DNA of 64,000 nucleotides from an uncultured Nitrospiraceae bacterium (GCA_963730935.1 CAVSTP010000002.1:864001-928000), one strand, 5' to 3'; positions 21,367-31,393 are shown, numbered from the stretch's first letter. Numbers and translations: made by a program. The notes: a model not told the origin generated them from the sequence alone.

Positions 21367-21428
21367 GGGCGCAAGTGTTCGTATTGTGTGTGATGAGGGT
21401 ATCGTAGGTTCTTAACTAAGGATTGTTG

Positions 21429-21830
21429 TTACGCGAGAAGGTGATCCGATGACGCTCTTTTGGGAAAAGCTCGTTGAATCGTGGAATGAAGATGCTCTAT
21501 CCGGTCTTTGAGTATCACGGCTAGGGCACCTGCCTTGAGAAATTCATCGGTGATATAGGTATTCGGAACCGAACATAATCCAATAATTACTGTCTCTCCC
21601 GAGGATTTCTTGATAAGGCGGGCAGCCTCAACGCCGTTCATCCTCGGCATATAGAAGTCCATCACAACAACATGAGGCTGATAGAGTGGGACGAGTTCTA
21701 TTGCCTGCTTGCCATCGCACGCTTCTCCCACAACATGAACGTCATCATAACCGGTGAGCATACGGCGTAGAGTGATACGGATCGGCACGTGATCATCGAC
21801 CAAAAGAACGCGGCGTACGTGAGGAGGCAT
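21429..21830 (-). CDS. Stand-alone response regulator receiver
   Basis: VLLVDD, MDFYMP, ILK. Confidence 0.85.
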   Translation of the reverse strand: MPPHVRRVLLVDDHVPIRITLRRMLTGYDDVHVVGEACDGKQAIELVPLYQPHVVVMDFYMPRMNGVEAARLIKKSSGETVIIGLCSVPNTYITDEFLKAGALAVILKDRIEHLHSTIQRAFPKRASSDHLLA

Positions 21831-22339
21831 AATTTCACCGGAAACGCGGAGGTTGACTTAAATCGCCGGATGAGCGGCTCCTCTGACAAGCCGATAATTT
21901 TCACATGGCGATACGTTTCTTTAATCACCCGCCGCGAAGGATTTGTCTGAGAATCCGGCGGACCAAGCATTCGTCGTCTACGAGTAACACGCGTGTAGTT
22001 GTCCGCATTGCTACCATAGTTCGCAAATGTAGCATGGCTAGCAATTTTGCTTAACTAGCCAAAACGATAGGGGTTGAGTGCGCCTGGAGCGTGGTAGCCG
22101 AACGTTAACACGATTGAATGGCATCTATTTCGGCGTCCGGTTGGTAACCGTCGAGTCTTCCCACATCCTCTATGTCGACCATTCGCGGGGCAATAGGACT
22201 GCGCTGTATCGTTTAGCCTCTCAGTTAGACCTTCTAGACAATCGCGCACCGAGCATGTCCGCCAAGCGAACCGTACGGCCACAGGTACAACAGCGACCCC
22301 GCACCGATCCGTTGGCCGTCTGCGGAGGGCGCCGTGATC

Positions 22340-22549
22340 CTAGCTCAGTGTCGGTTTCCCATTCCTGTGCTCAGCAAGCCTTTGCGCATCGGCAAGCTTG
22401 GCGACTTCGTTCGCATAGTAACAGATCATCTGCAGTTCATCGTGCGAGAACGGCGCATGATCTGGAGCATGAACGGTGGCTAACACTTGCTCGCAGTCAC
22501 GGAAAAAATCACGAAGGTCTTGGCGGATGGGCAGTGGTGAGGTAGACAT
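22340..22549 (-). CDS. 69-aa helical microprotein (family A)
   Basis: IRQDLRDFFRDCEQVLA...FSHDELQMICYYANEVAK; SD-like GAAAGGCGG. Confidence 0.7.
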   Translation of the reverse strand: MSTSPLPIRQDLRDFFRDCEQVLATVHAPDHAPFSHDELQMICYYANEVAKLADAQRLAEHRNGKPTLS

Positions 22550-22600
22550 CGAGGACCGCCTTTCATTAGGTGTCTGGCGGTCGGGCCTTCCAGGAGGCCG
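22550..22600 (-). promoter_or_regulatory. Conserved two-hairpin leader that sequesters the SD-like sequence
   Basis: CGGCCTCCTGGAAGGCC then GACCGCC...GAAAGGCGGTC; also at 31514-31565. Confidence 0.6.
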
Positions 22601-22762
22601 CAGGACAGTGGTGGAGGGGGTGTGAAGCTACCTTAGGCGTTATCGACGACTGGGTCAAGCGGTCATTGGACCTACCAGCAACCGCATCACCCTGAAGTGA
22701 TGCGGCAATCTACTCGGGAGGTAAGGTAGCCTTAGTGCAAAGGAGCAGATAGAAAGAAATGT

Positions 22763-23188
22763 CTAGCGTGTAGCAGCGATGGAGGCCATTGCCTGTTGGA
22801 TGGCGTTCTCGAGGTCCCTTGCTGAGTGTTGCTGTTTGTGCAAACAGGCAAAAGCACCATTGTGCAATACCAGGTCATGTAGGTTGGGATATGGCAGCTT
22901 AGTGAGGACAACGACAGGGATCGAGGGCCGGTGACGATTGGGAACTAGCTTGAACAGGGCTTCAAAGCCTGACTCCCCAGACAAGTCCAAGTCTAAGATC
23001 ACGCAGTCCACCTTTTGGGATTGGTAGAGCTGTAGGCCGGATTTAATGTCTGTGGCTGTTAACGTCGAATAGGCTGACGAACATTCCCTCAGAGCATGTG
23101 ACCAAAAATCCAGATCCGCTGGATTATCATCAATGAAAAGAACCGTAGTCCGAAGAGAAGCCACCTCGGGAGGCGCGGAAGGGGTCAC
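22763..23188 (-). CDS. Stand-alone response regulator receiver
   Basis: VLFIDD, ILDLDL, VLT, LHK. Confidence 0.85.
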   Translation of the reverse strand: MTPSAPPEVASLRTTVLFIDDNPADLDFWSHALRECSSAYSTLTATDIKSGLQLYQSQKVDCVILDLDLSGESGFEALFKLVPNRHRPSIPVVVLTKLPYPNLHDLVLHNGAFACLHKQQHSARDLENAIQQAMASIAATR

Positions 23189-23320
23189 TTAGGAACCGCC
23201 TTTCTTCACCTAGAGTCCGATCTGTAAGGGCAATATGGTCGAGAGTATGCCTCCTTGGCATTTTAAAGATCAAGTATCGCCAAGGGGCGACAGTTGCAAC
23301 TTCAAAGAAGCCTAAGCCGC

Positions 23321-23521
23321 TTAAGTGGTCGGCCTTGACGGTGGTTCCTGCTTGAGGGGTGGGTCCTGCTTTATCGGCGGCCGATCAAAGTGTTGACCAC
23401 ACTGTTCACACACGTAATGGCCAGTGAGGTAGCGATTTTTCGTGGAGGTTGCAAGAATAAGTCGAGGATGCACGCAGGGTGCATTGCCGGATGAAACGCG
23501 AGGATCGGCTGAGGACGCCAT
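23321..23521 (-). CDS. Small zinc-ribbon-like protein
   Basis: CVH...LTGHYVCEQCG. Confidence 0.5.
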   Translation of the reverse strand: MASSADPRVSSGNAPCVHPRLILATSTKNRYLTGHYVCEQCGQHFDRPPIKQDPPLKQEPPSRPTT

Positions 23522-23829
23522 GAGACCGCACAATTTCATACTTATTGGTCATGCACATCATTCGCATAGATACCTCCATAGATGCAGAGAGCAGTTCATT
23601 CCCCTGGCGCATTTCCCTCCAGCTGGTTACTTCCGCAATCAGCTACACCCATCAGAGGTAACTGTGAGCCTAGGGTTGATCGCTGGATCTCTGGCGGTAG
23701 GAAACTGTTGTGGGGTGCCTTCAACCTTTGCTTTTCCACCGTGCCTGAGCAGCCTTTTTGGCACTCGCTCGGCGCTCCTCGGAAGTCAACTTAGCCCCTC
23801 GCTGGACGTGGCGACGTGCAAGGTAGTTC

Positions 23830-24243
23830 ATGCCTAAAAAAACAGGCAAGCTTCGTTATTTCTTTGTTGGTGAGGATGACTCCCTTAACCGGATCTATTT
23901 GACGAAGTACGAACGAATTTGCGATAGGACTGAGCCGATCACTCTCTATGCCGGAAAGGCGCTCCGATTTATCGAGACGTTCATTGAATGTGATGAAGAT
24001 GGGAATGAAGAGCTTCTTCGTGCGTGCTTCATCCGACATCAATTCGATGAACAAGGTCTGTGGAACAAGGACGAAAAAGAGCGGGTAATGCGCGGCGCGA
24101 GGGAGGGAGTCTCAGTTGTTGGGAAAGGCGACTACATGGAGGAACTCACAAAGCCGAGCATCGATCCTTCCCGATGGACCCCAACTCCTGAAATGGTGCA
24201 ACGGTTAAAGCAAGCTATACGGACAAAGAAGCAACATAGTTGA
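23830..24243 (+). CDS. Hypothetical protein
   Basis: 137-aa ORF with SD-like AAGGT; duplicated at 18811. Confidence 0.65.
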   Translation: MPKKTGKLRYFFVGEDDSLNRIYLTKYERICDRTEPITLYAGKALRFIETFIECDEDGNEELLRACFIRHQFDEQGLWNKDEKERVMRGAREGVSVVGKGDYMEELTKPSIDPSRWTPTPEMVQRLKQAIRTKKQHS

Positions 24244-24510
24244 GGATGGAGTGAGCATACAGAGCTTGAATCCGGACTTCTCAGTGTAGATGCGAGGGGA
24301 GTGTTCCCGCTTGGAGAGCAAAACAGGCCTTCCTGGAACTAAGTGGTTGTTAGAACTCATCCGCAACGAAAAGAGTGAGTTGGCTCGGGTGCATAGCAGC
24401 AAGCGGAACTACTTGTCTCCTAAGAAAGGTGTCAATGTGCTATTCGGATGTTACGAGTAGTAGGCAAGCGGAGTTCACCATAAGGAAAACTTTACTTGCG
24501 GAGGTGGCCA

Positions 24511-25029
24511 ATGGCACAGATGCTGTCTGTACTGCTAGCTCTCGCGTTGAGTCAGGTACTGTGTTCGTCAAGTTTCGCAGATATAGAACCTCGGCATTTC
24601 ATCAAGCCCGCTCTCAAAGGACTCTCCGGAGTCCATATTACCGTTGTGGTAGACACGGAATTGGGCAAGGCAGGGCTTTCCTGGTCCACCATCCTCAACG
24701 ATGCGGAGCAACAACTTCGAAACGCAGGAATCCGTGTCGCCAAAATGAGTGATTTTGCTCTTAGCACTAAGGAGCTCGGGATCCGAATCCGAGCGGATAA
24801 GCTTTCGACGGCGCCTGTGTGGTCGGTACTTGCCACCGTCGCCCTATTTCAAGGAGTGAGCTTAGAGAGAGATTCGAAAATTAGACTGATCGGTGTCGAG
24901 ACTTGGACAGTCGATGTGCTCCGAACACTTAACCAAGATGATCTCGACAGCATTCGGTCGGATGTAAGAGCACAATTATCACTGTTTGTGCAGGACTATC
25001 AGGAGGTAAATGGAAAGCCGAAACCCTAA
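24511..25029 (+). CDS. Hypothetical exported protein
   Basis: SD GGAGG, signal-peptide-like N-terminus. Confidence 0.65.
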   Translation: MAQMLSVLLALALSQVLCSSSFADIEPRHFIKPALKGLSGVHITVVVDTELGKAGLSWSTILNDAEQQLRNAGIRVAKMSDFALSTKELGIRIRADKLSTAPVWSVLATVALFQGVSLERDSKIRLIGVETWTVDVLRTLNQDDLDSIRSDVRAQLSLFVQDYQEVNGKPKP

Positions 25030-26492
25030 TGTAGTTCTTGCCCCTTCAGTGCTGTCTCTCCTCCTGCGACAAGATTGATGCTATTCCCTGGCGGAGGGAG
25101 AGATGCAGCAGCACTGTCTGCGACTAGAACCCAGTCGCCACTAGACGGGGGAGAAAAATTCTGCGAAGTGGTGGTCGGAAACGCTCCAATCTGGGTTGCC
25201 ACTCCGGTGCTGGGATCATACCACCAGGCAATCATCGTACTTCCCGTAAGGCAAGTTCCATTGACAGTGATCGCACGCGAAGATGGCAGGTAAATAATGA
25301 TAGAGGACCCATCAGCGGCACACGCCGCTGAGGCATAGTCTGTGTCCCCGAACGTTCCATTCCCTGCCATAAGGACAGTCTGAGCCGTGTCTGGAACGAG
25401 TTTCTGCCAGTGCCGGGAATTAAACAGCGCCTGAAAATGCTTCATACTCAAGGCACCGGGGCTGTCAAGTTGGGCTCGCCAGTCCGTCAGAGGAGGGCAG
25501 TAGTCGCCTGTAAAGCCGAACCCCCAGACAGGGCAGTTGCCAAAAAAGTTACCGAATCCCCCATGGAGGAGAGTCCAATAGGATTGGGCTCGGAGCATCT
25601 CGGTGTTTGGAGCGCCGACATTCTCATAGTGTGATTCGATGAGAAAAAATGGCTTAGGGGGAGAGATCCTATAGGCAGCAGCGGCGTGCTCATAGTCGAT
25701 GCCATTCGTGTAGGTGCTGTTGATATTGAGCCACTCGGCCTCGGACCATGGTGTTACAGCCATGACCTCCCGCGCGTTGTGTACAGTGAAGGGATGGCGA
25801 GTGTCTTTCGACAGGATCCCATCGATCATAGCCTGCACTTTGGACTTTACAGGTGTTGGGTCCGTATCCCCACCGATCACCCAGACGATATTGTCGTAAT
25901 TTGCATACCGGCTGCCGACATACTCGCCCCATGCCCTCATCTCCGAGATGGTCGCGGTTTTTACCTCATTACACCAGCCGTCCCCGTCACTGCCACACTC
26001 ATAGCCGAGGAACAGGGGGAACAGGAATACGGCTATTCCTTTCTCGGCCGCCGACTTCAAAACGTAGTCTGCATGGGCGAAGTAGGCTTCTCGGGGCGTG
26101 GTGAAGGGTTGTCCGGTAAAGGGTGTGACTCCATAGAAGTTTGCAGGGGCATTGACCGCGTACTTGTGTTCGATGAGATTGGCCAGCACTGCAGTAAAGC
26201 CATGCTGCTTTCGATTCTCGAGGTAGAAGTCTGCGTCCGACTCAGAGAGTGCGACGAACAGCGACCAGGCCGTATCGCCGACGAGCAGGAACGGCTCAGC
26301 GCTCTGATCGACCACATGGCGCGTCGCTGGAGCCGCAGTAAGCGGATAGCTGGGTGCGCTGGAGGGTGCAGCAGTGGAGGGTGTACCGGAGGTGGGGCTT
26401 TCGTTACCGCCACCGCACGACATGAGGAACCCAGAAAGCACAAGAACAATAAGTAGTCTCTGTAAGTTCAATCGCCTGAAAGTAACAATCAT
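25026..26492 (-). CDS. Lipoprotein, DUF4038/apiosidase-like glycoside hydrolase with C-terminal collagen-binding-like domain
   Basis: Lipobox LMSC; PFLLVGDTAW; WVIGGD; ESHYE; WWYDPSTG; DWVLV. Confidence 0.75.
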   Translation of the reverse strand: MIVTFRRLNLQRLLIVLVLSGFLMSCGGGNESPTSGTPSTAAPSSAPSYPLTAAPATRHVVDQSAEPFLLVGDTAWSLFVALSESDADFYLENRKQHGFTAVLANLIEHKYAVNAPANFYGVTPFTGQPFTTPREAYFAHADYVLKSAAEKGIAVFLFPLFLGYECGSDGDGWCNEVKTATISEMRAWGEYVGSRYANYDNIVWVIGGDTDPTPVKSKVQAMIDGILSKDTRHPFTVHNAREVMAVTPWSEAEWLNINSTYTNGIDYEHAAAAYRISPPKPFFLIESHYENVGAPNTEMLRAQSYWTLLHGGFGNFFGNCPVWGFGFTGDYCPPLTDWRAQLDSPGALSMKHFQALFNSRHWQKLVPDTAQTVLMAGNGTFGDTDYASAACAADGSSIIIYLPSSRAITVNGTCLTGSTMIAWWYDPSTGVATQIGAFPTTTSQNFSPPSSGDWVLVADSAAASLPPPGNSINLVAGGETALKGQELH

Positions 26493-26934
26493 GATCGCAT
26501 CCTTGGATGAATGAAATTCATTCGATCAACATGTCTTTCCTGTGGAGCCTTCACGAGAAAAGACCACCGAGCACTGACCCATTCGCTTGAATACAGCTAA
26601 TGAAGTCGAGGGGTTTTAGGGAGAGGGAGGATCGGTTTGGGACGGGCTGGATGTGTGATTATCTCTTGCGAAGAGTGGGTACATTCTGGACCTAACTCGG
26701 TATGTTATACCTATTCCCCATTACGCTGAATTCCACAGACCAAACGCTTCACGATGCAATAGTTGCAACAAGGACGCAACCAGGGAAACCCCGAGGCATG
26801 TTCAGGACTACAGGAAATCACTAAGAAGAGTTTGGTGTCGTTTTCGTAAACCGCAGGTCGCTGGCTAGTGCAAGAGGTCTCCACTGCATTCTGAAGTGTT
26901 TGATCTGCTTGATTATCGGTGGGGTCAGATGAAA

Positions 26935-26958
26935 TTCGAAACCCGTCATCCACCCCAG
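26935..26958 (+). repeat. att-like direct repeat of tRNA-His 3' end (copy 3)
   Basis: TTCGAAACCCGTCATCCACCCCAG. Confidence 0.95.
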
Positions 26959-27005
26959 GAACCTTTCTTCTAACCCATTGATCAGCAAGGCCATCCGTCC
27001 ATTCT

Positions 27006-27175
27006 CCCGGTCTTTTTATTACCTACTGAGCAATTGTGATCAGCCTGCGATCTGCCTTTTCGATATGCTGATCTCCAGCCGCCGTTGTATGTCTGAGTAT
27101 GAGAAAGGCAATCATGACCTGCCGAGTAGCTCGATCGTTCCCAAGCCAGACCACCTACTCTTCTGAGAAAGGCGG
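27006..27175 (+). repeat. About 170-bp dispersed repeat, copy 1
   Basis: Highly similar to 31047-31219. Confidence 0.9.
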
Positions 27176-27184
27176 TCGTCCGGT

Positions 27185-27621
27185 CTCGGACTTTTCTCCC
27201 TTCCGTCCGTCCAGTCAGCGATTACCGTTCTTCTCATCGATGCACATAAAGACGACCGCCAGTACTGGGCACAGCACCTTCTCATTTCATCCCCTGATTA
27301 TGTCGTCCTCGAAGCCGAGACTGGAGCAGCAGGACTCGCGATCTGTCGGTCGCAACGGGTCGATTGCGTGGTTTTGGAATTGACGCTGCCTGATATGTCT
27401 GGGTTCCAGGCACTCACACAGTTGGTTCCACGTGCCTACTATCCTGAACCGGCAGTCATCTTTTTGTCCCGCACAACACTCCAACCTATGGCCGAAATGC
27501 GATGAAAAACGGAGCACAAGCTTATTTGATTAAGTCTCATATCTCTGGCGATGATCTGGACAGGGCCATTCGCAAAGCTCTTGCTCCTGTCGGTTCCTCG
27601 CACGAGGTATATCCCTCCTGA
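27185..27621 (+). pseudogene. Receiver-domain pseudogene, paralog of 22763..23188
   Basis: ITVLLIDAH...VDCVVLELTLPDMSGF, frameshift, NGAQAYLIKS; no start codon. Confidence 0.8.
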
Positions 27622-28153
27622 AATCTTTTCTGCTGGTTAGGTTGTCTGAGGTTGGATTCTCGGAATTTCATAAACAGCAGGTCAGGCGCCGTTCACGAAG
27701 CCGTTAAAGGGTATGCCCCACGAGCCATTCAGGTTTCTACAAAAGCCATCAATTCCCGTCGGAGACACCAGGGACAACTATGTATACGTCGCAAGTTCGT
27801 TGGCGGTGACCTTCGCTGTGAGCCTCCTCCCTCCTGAACGTGGCCATCCAAGACTAGGATTCAGCCTAGTGAGCAGTTGTGACCAGACCACGGCCTGTCT
27901 GTTCTAGATACTAATTACTCAAGCAACGACGATTGCGAATGACAGGCAAACATAAGCAAACGTCTGCCACCGCTATCCGATACGGAGAACGAATGAAGGT
28001 GCTAAGTATGTCAGCTTGGCCCGGGAGCGATACCCGAGAAGAAGAACGACCTTATAAGGTGGGCCGAGCAGTGGGATCAGCAACAAAAGACGCGCTGACC
28101 TGAAGCCATCAGCTTAGGGTAACCAGCGCCGCCCATAACGAGGAGGTGCCGTC

Positions 28154-28414
28154 ATGTCTATTATAGGATGGATTCTATTTGGGTTGATTGTCGGTGTTGT
28201 GGCGAAACTGATCATGCCAGGCCCCGATCCTGGAGGAATGATCGTGACGATCCTCTTGGGTATAGTAGGAGCGCTCATCGGCGGGTTCATCGGTCGCATG
28301 CTTGGGTGGTACGGTGAAGGCGATCCGGTCGGCTTTATCATGGCCGTGATCGGGGCGATTGTCGTGCTGTTCGGCTATCGTAAAATCAGCAGCACGTCTC
28401 AGGTCAGGGTGTAG
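28154..28414 (+). CDS. GlsB/YeaQ/YmgE-family stress membrane protein
   Basis: IIGWILFGLIVGVVAKLIMPG; SD AGGAGG. Confidence 0.92.
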   Translation: MSIIGWILFGLIVGVVAKLIMPGPDPGGMIVTILLGIVGALIGGFIGRMLGWYGEGDPVGFIMAVIGAIVVLFGYRKISSTSQVRV

Positions 28415-28514
28415 GAAATTTGGCACGGCTTGGAATCTACACCGAGGTTTTCTCCGGCGATTGCATGCACCGGATTCTCCGCGATAGATAGAAGGGTCCA
28501 GATCGTATGGGGTC

Positions 28515-28622
28515 CTAGTCGTGGAGGACGACGTTGAAGAGGGAGCTGTGCACGTGCAACTCGCCGTTGTACTCGATGAAACCCAGTTTGCGAAACTTAT
28601 TCATGAAGTAACTGACGCGGGA
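28515..28622 (-). pseudogene. Crp/Fnr-family regulator C-terminal fragment
   Basis: SRVSYFMNKFRKLGFIEYNGELHVHSSLFNVVLHD*. Confidence 0.75.
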
Positions 28623-28672
28623 GCCGAACGATAGGGCAGCTCCACTGCCTCTGAATTTGACTATCACAAACA

Positions 28673-29998
28673 CTAAAAGTGGTCATGGAAGGGACTCGTT
28701 AAGGTACCGAGAGCTCTCCCGAACCAACCCCGATTGTGCAATTGGTCGCGTGAAATCTTCCGGGAGTGGGTGAGATCTTCCTGAAAAATATCCTCGAGTC
28801 GCTTCGCAATCTTCTCGTCATAAAAGACGACGTTGAGTTCGTCGTTGATTCCCATCGAACGGTTGTCGACATTCGTACTGCCGATGGTTGCCCACACTTT
28901 ATCGACGATCATCATCTTGGTATGAAGTAGGGCCGGGGAGTATTCATTCAACTGCACGCCGCCATCAAGCAGTGGACCAAAGCGCTCACGATGCGATTCT
29001 TGAGTGACATATTCGACGCCGGTGCCCTCCACCACGCTGGGGATGAGCACACGTACAACCACCCCTCGCTGGATCGCTTGTAATAAAGCCTCGGTCAGCT
29101 GTTCATCAGGGAAGAGATATGGAGTCGAAATTAAAATTGAGCGTTGAGCGGAGTAAATGGATTGAAGAAAGACATCATACAGTGAGAAATTCTCCCGGAT
29201 GGGCGAACTCCAAACGACTTGCACCTGCACCGGCGCTTCCGACACCGGCAGAGGTCGATAGGGAAAGAATTCCTCCCCCCCCAGCAGCGCATGAGTCGCC
29301 TCGCGCCAATGTTCCATGAACGCGGCTTGCAAATGTTGAACAACCGGCCCTTCGAGTCGTACATTCGTTTCTCGCCATCGGTCTTTGGTGCGACCGTCAC
29401 CGATCCAGGCATCATCCACGCCATAGCCGCCAGTGAAGCCGATTCGCCCGTCGATGACTACAATCCGGCGGTGATCGCGCATTTCGAGTCGCCCGAACCT
29501 CCACACACTCAATGGGCGGAAGTCCGGTACAATGTGACACCCGGCATTCCTCAACCGGTTGACATACTCCTTGGGAAGATCCGAAGCGCCGTGGGCATCC
29601 AGTAGAATGGCAACGTATACCTGGGCCTGACATCGGTCGGCTAACGTCTCCACGATGAGGTCCCCCACCTTGCCCTTGTGAAAGATAAAGGCCTCGAAGG
29701 TGATGGTCTTCTGAGCCGACCGAAGAGCTTCAACCAAGGCCGGAAATGTCTCATCACCGTTTAAAAGAATATCGACCGTGTTGCCGCCAATGACAGGAGC
29801 TCCCGTAAAAGCGGCAAGCGAGCTTTGAAAGGCCGAGTCCGTGATGGGAATGTTAAGTAGGGTCAGTTGCGGCGGTTTCTTGGCGCAGCCAGACAAAACA
29901 AATATTACCAACAGCAACAGCCGAAGGGCTAGCTGCCAATGCCTAGGGAGGATACCGAGATCTACCTCCTGTGCCGTTCGTATGATAAATTGAATCAT
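28673..29998 (-). CDS. Cardiolipin synthase / phospholipase D family
   Basis: HRRIVVID (K replaced by R) and HTKMMIVD HKD motifs; GSTNVDNRS. Confidence 0.9.
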   Translation of the reverse strand: MIQFIIRTAQEVDLGILPRHWQLALRLLLLVIFVLSGCAKKPPQLTLLNIPITDSAFQSSLAAFTGAPVIGGNTVDILLNGDETFPALVEALRSAQKTITFEAFIFHKGKVGDLIVETLADRCQAQVYVAILLDAHGASDLPKEYVNRLRNAGCHIVPDFRPLSVWRFGRLEMRDHRRIVVIDGRIGFTGGYGVDDAWIGDGRTKDRWRETNVRLEGPVVQHLQAAFMEHWREATHALLGGEEFFPYRPLPVSEAPVQVQVVWSSPIRENFSLYDVFLQSIYSAQRSILISTPYLFPDEQLTEALLQAIQRGVVVRVLIPSVVEGTGVEYVTQESHRERFGPLLDGGVQLNEYSPALLHTKMMIVDKVWATIGSTNVDNRSMGINDELNVVFYDEKIAKRLEDIFQEDLTHSRKISRDQLHNRGWFGRALGTLTSPFHDHF

Positions 29999-30047
29999 TT
30001 CCTACCGCCGAACGTGACCATTCTGATCAGGGAGGTCCAAACACTTT

Positions 30048-30758
30048 ATGCGAGTCATGCGAGCGTCGAATGCTGAAGGGTCCTTCAAGCCTGGATCGCT
30101 CGTGGCCCAACTATTACTTGTGTGGTACGTTAGCAGTCTTCTCTTCCTATCCGTTTCGCCCATTGATCCGAAAATCTGGGTGGGGGCCAATGTCTTTCCC
30201 ATCTTGTTCGTAGTCACCCTGGCGATCACGCATCGCGCATTCCCGCTCTCCAACTTGTCGTATCTTTTGATTTCGGTCTGGCTCTCCTTGCACACCATTG
30301 GGGCGCACTACACCTACCCGCAGGTTCCCCTTGGATTTTGGCTTGAACGCTGGTTCGATTTCCATCGGAATCATTTCGATCGGATCGTGCATTTCGGCTT
30401 TGGCTTTTTCTTCACATTTCCGCTCATAGAAATCTTCCGCCGGCGAAGCAATGTCAGAGGCTGGCTCCTGACCTATCTGGTGTTGATGACGATCCTCGGC
30501 TTCAGTGCCTTCTGGGAGATTATGGAAGCCTGGGTGGGACAGATAGCCCATCCGGATTTTGAAAAGGCAATGGTCGGGCATCAGGGAGACATTTGGGATC
30601 CGCAGCGGGATATGGCCTCTGCCTTATACGGCTCGCTCGTGTTTCTGGTACTCCTGGCGATCATTCTCAAGCTGCGAGAGCCGGTGGAAGAGGCTGCGTC
30701 CGCTTATGAAACTACGTCTCTTCTCGAGTCTGAAGACGCGGCTAGCAATCACAGTTAA
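30048..30758 (+). CDS. DUF2238 (YjdF-like) membrane protein
   Basis: HTIGAHYTYPQVP, RNHFDRIVHF, QGDIWDPQRDM. Confidence 0.85.
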   Translation: MRVMRASNAEGSFKPGSLVAQLLLVWYVSSLLFLSVSPIDPKIWVGANVFPILFVVTLAITHRAFPLSNLSYLLISVWLSLHTIGAHYTYPQVPLGFWLERWFDFHRNHFDRIVHFGFGFFFTFPLIEIFRRRSNVRGWLLTYLVLMTILGFSAFWEIMEAWVGQIAHPDFEKAMVGHQGDIWDPQRDMASALYGSLVFLVLLAIILKLREPVEEAASAYETTSLLESEDAASNHS

Positions 30759-31046
30759 CTAGTCACGGTCTTGGTCACGATTACAGGTCTAACGCAATCA
30801 CATTCTACCACTATGCGACTTGGTCCAACATCAGTCCTGGCGTCGTGATTCTCGTTCTTCATCGCACTCAAGCACATTCAGTCCCAACAGTCTGATTAGC
30901 CCTTTTACGGCGAGGGTCCCTTCAGACCAATATGGCCGCATATAGGATGGATTTCTCGCCTAATTCCTTGTTATGTCGTGGGATTTTTCGGAGCTGCAAA
31001 TAACCAAATCGCGGGTCAATGGCTCCGTACATCGACCATTGTATCC

Positions 31047-31219
31047 CCCGGTCTTTTTATTACCGACTGAGCAATTGTGATCAGCCTGCGATCTGCCTTC
31101 TCGATATGCTGGTCTTCAGCCGCCGGGTTGTCTGTCTGAGCATAAGAAAGGCAATCATGACCTGCCGAGTGGCTCGATTCGTTCCCAAACCAGACCGCCG
31201 ACTCTTGTGAGAAAGGCGG
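31047..31219 (+). repeat. About 170-bp dispersed repeat, copy 2
   Basis: Highly similar to 27006-27175. Confidence 0.9.
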
Positions 31220-31228
31220 AGGCGACCT

Positions 31229-31393
31229 ATGTCGAACAATCAACCTCAGTCTGGTAAACACGTCTGCATTTTCGAGCTGGAACGTAAAGGCGCCTTGTTC
31301 ACCGCAGAGGTAGTTTGTACGGTGTGCGGTGTCTACCTCTCCTCTCAGCAGGATCGGCCACCAGGCACAAGACAAGGCCGCACAGGGACCTGA
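31229..31393 (+). CDS. 54-aa putative Zn-ribbon microprotein (below ORF-track cutoff)
   Basis: MSNNQPQSGKHVCIFELERKGALFTAEVVCTVCG...; SD GGCGGAGG. Confidence 0.55.
   Translation: MSNNQPQSGKHVCIFELERKGALFTAEVVCTVCGVYLSSQQDRPPGTRQGRTGT

Noticed and set aside
22550..22600. GGCGGT motif as an RfaH ops element
   Set aside because: Does not match GGCGGTAG and sits at the SD position of small genes
28421..28436. TGGCACG as a sigma-54 promoter (also near 16959 and 49993)
   Set aside because: No GC at the required -12 spacing
30890..30925. Possible tRNA fragment
   Set aside because: No convincing anticodon or T arm
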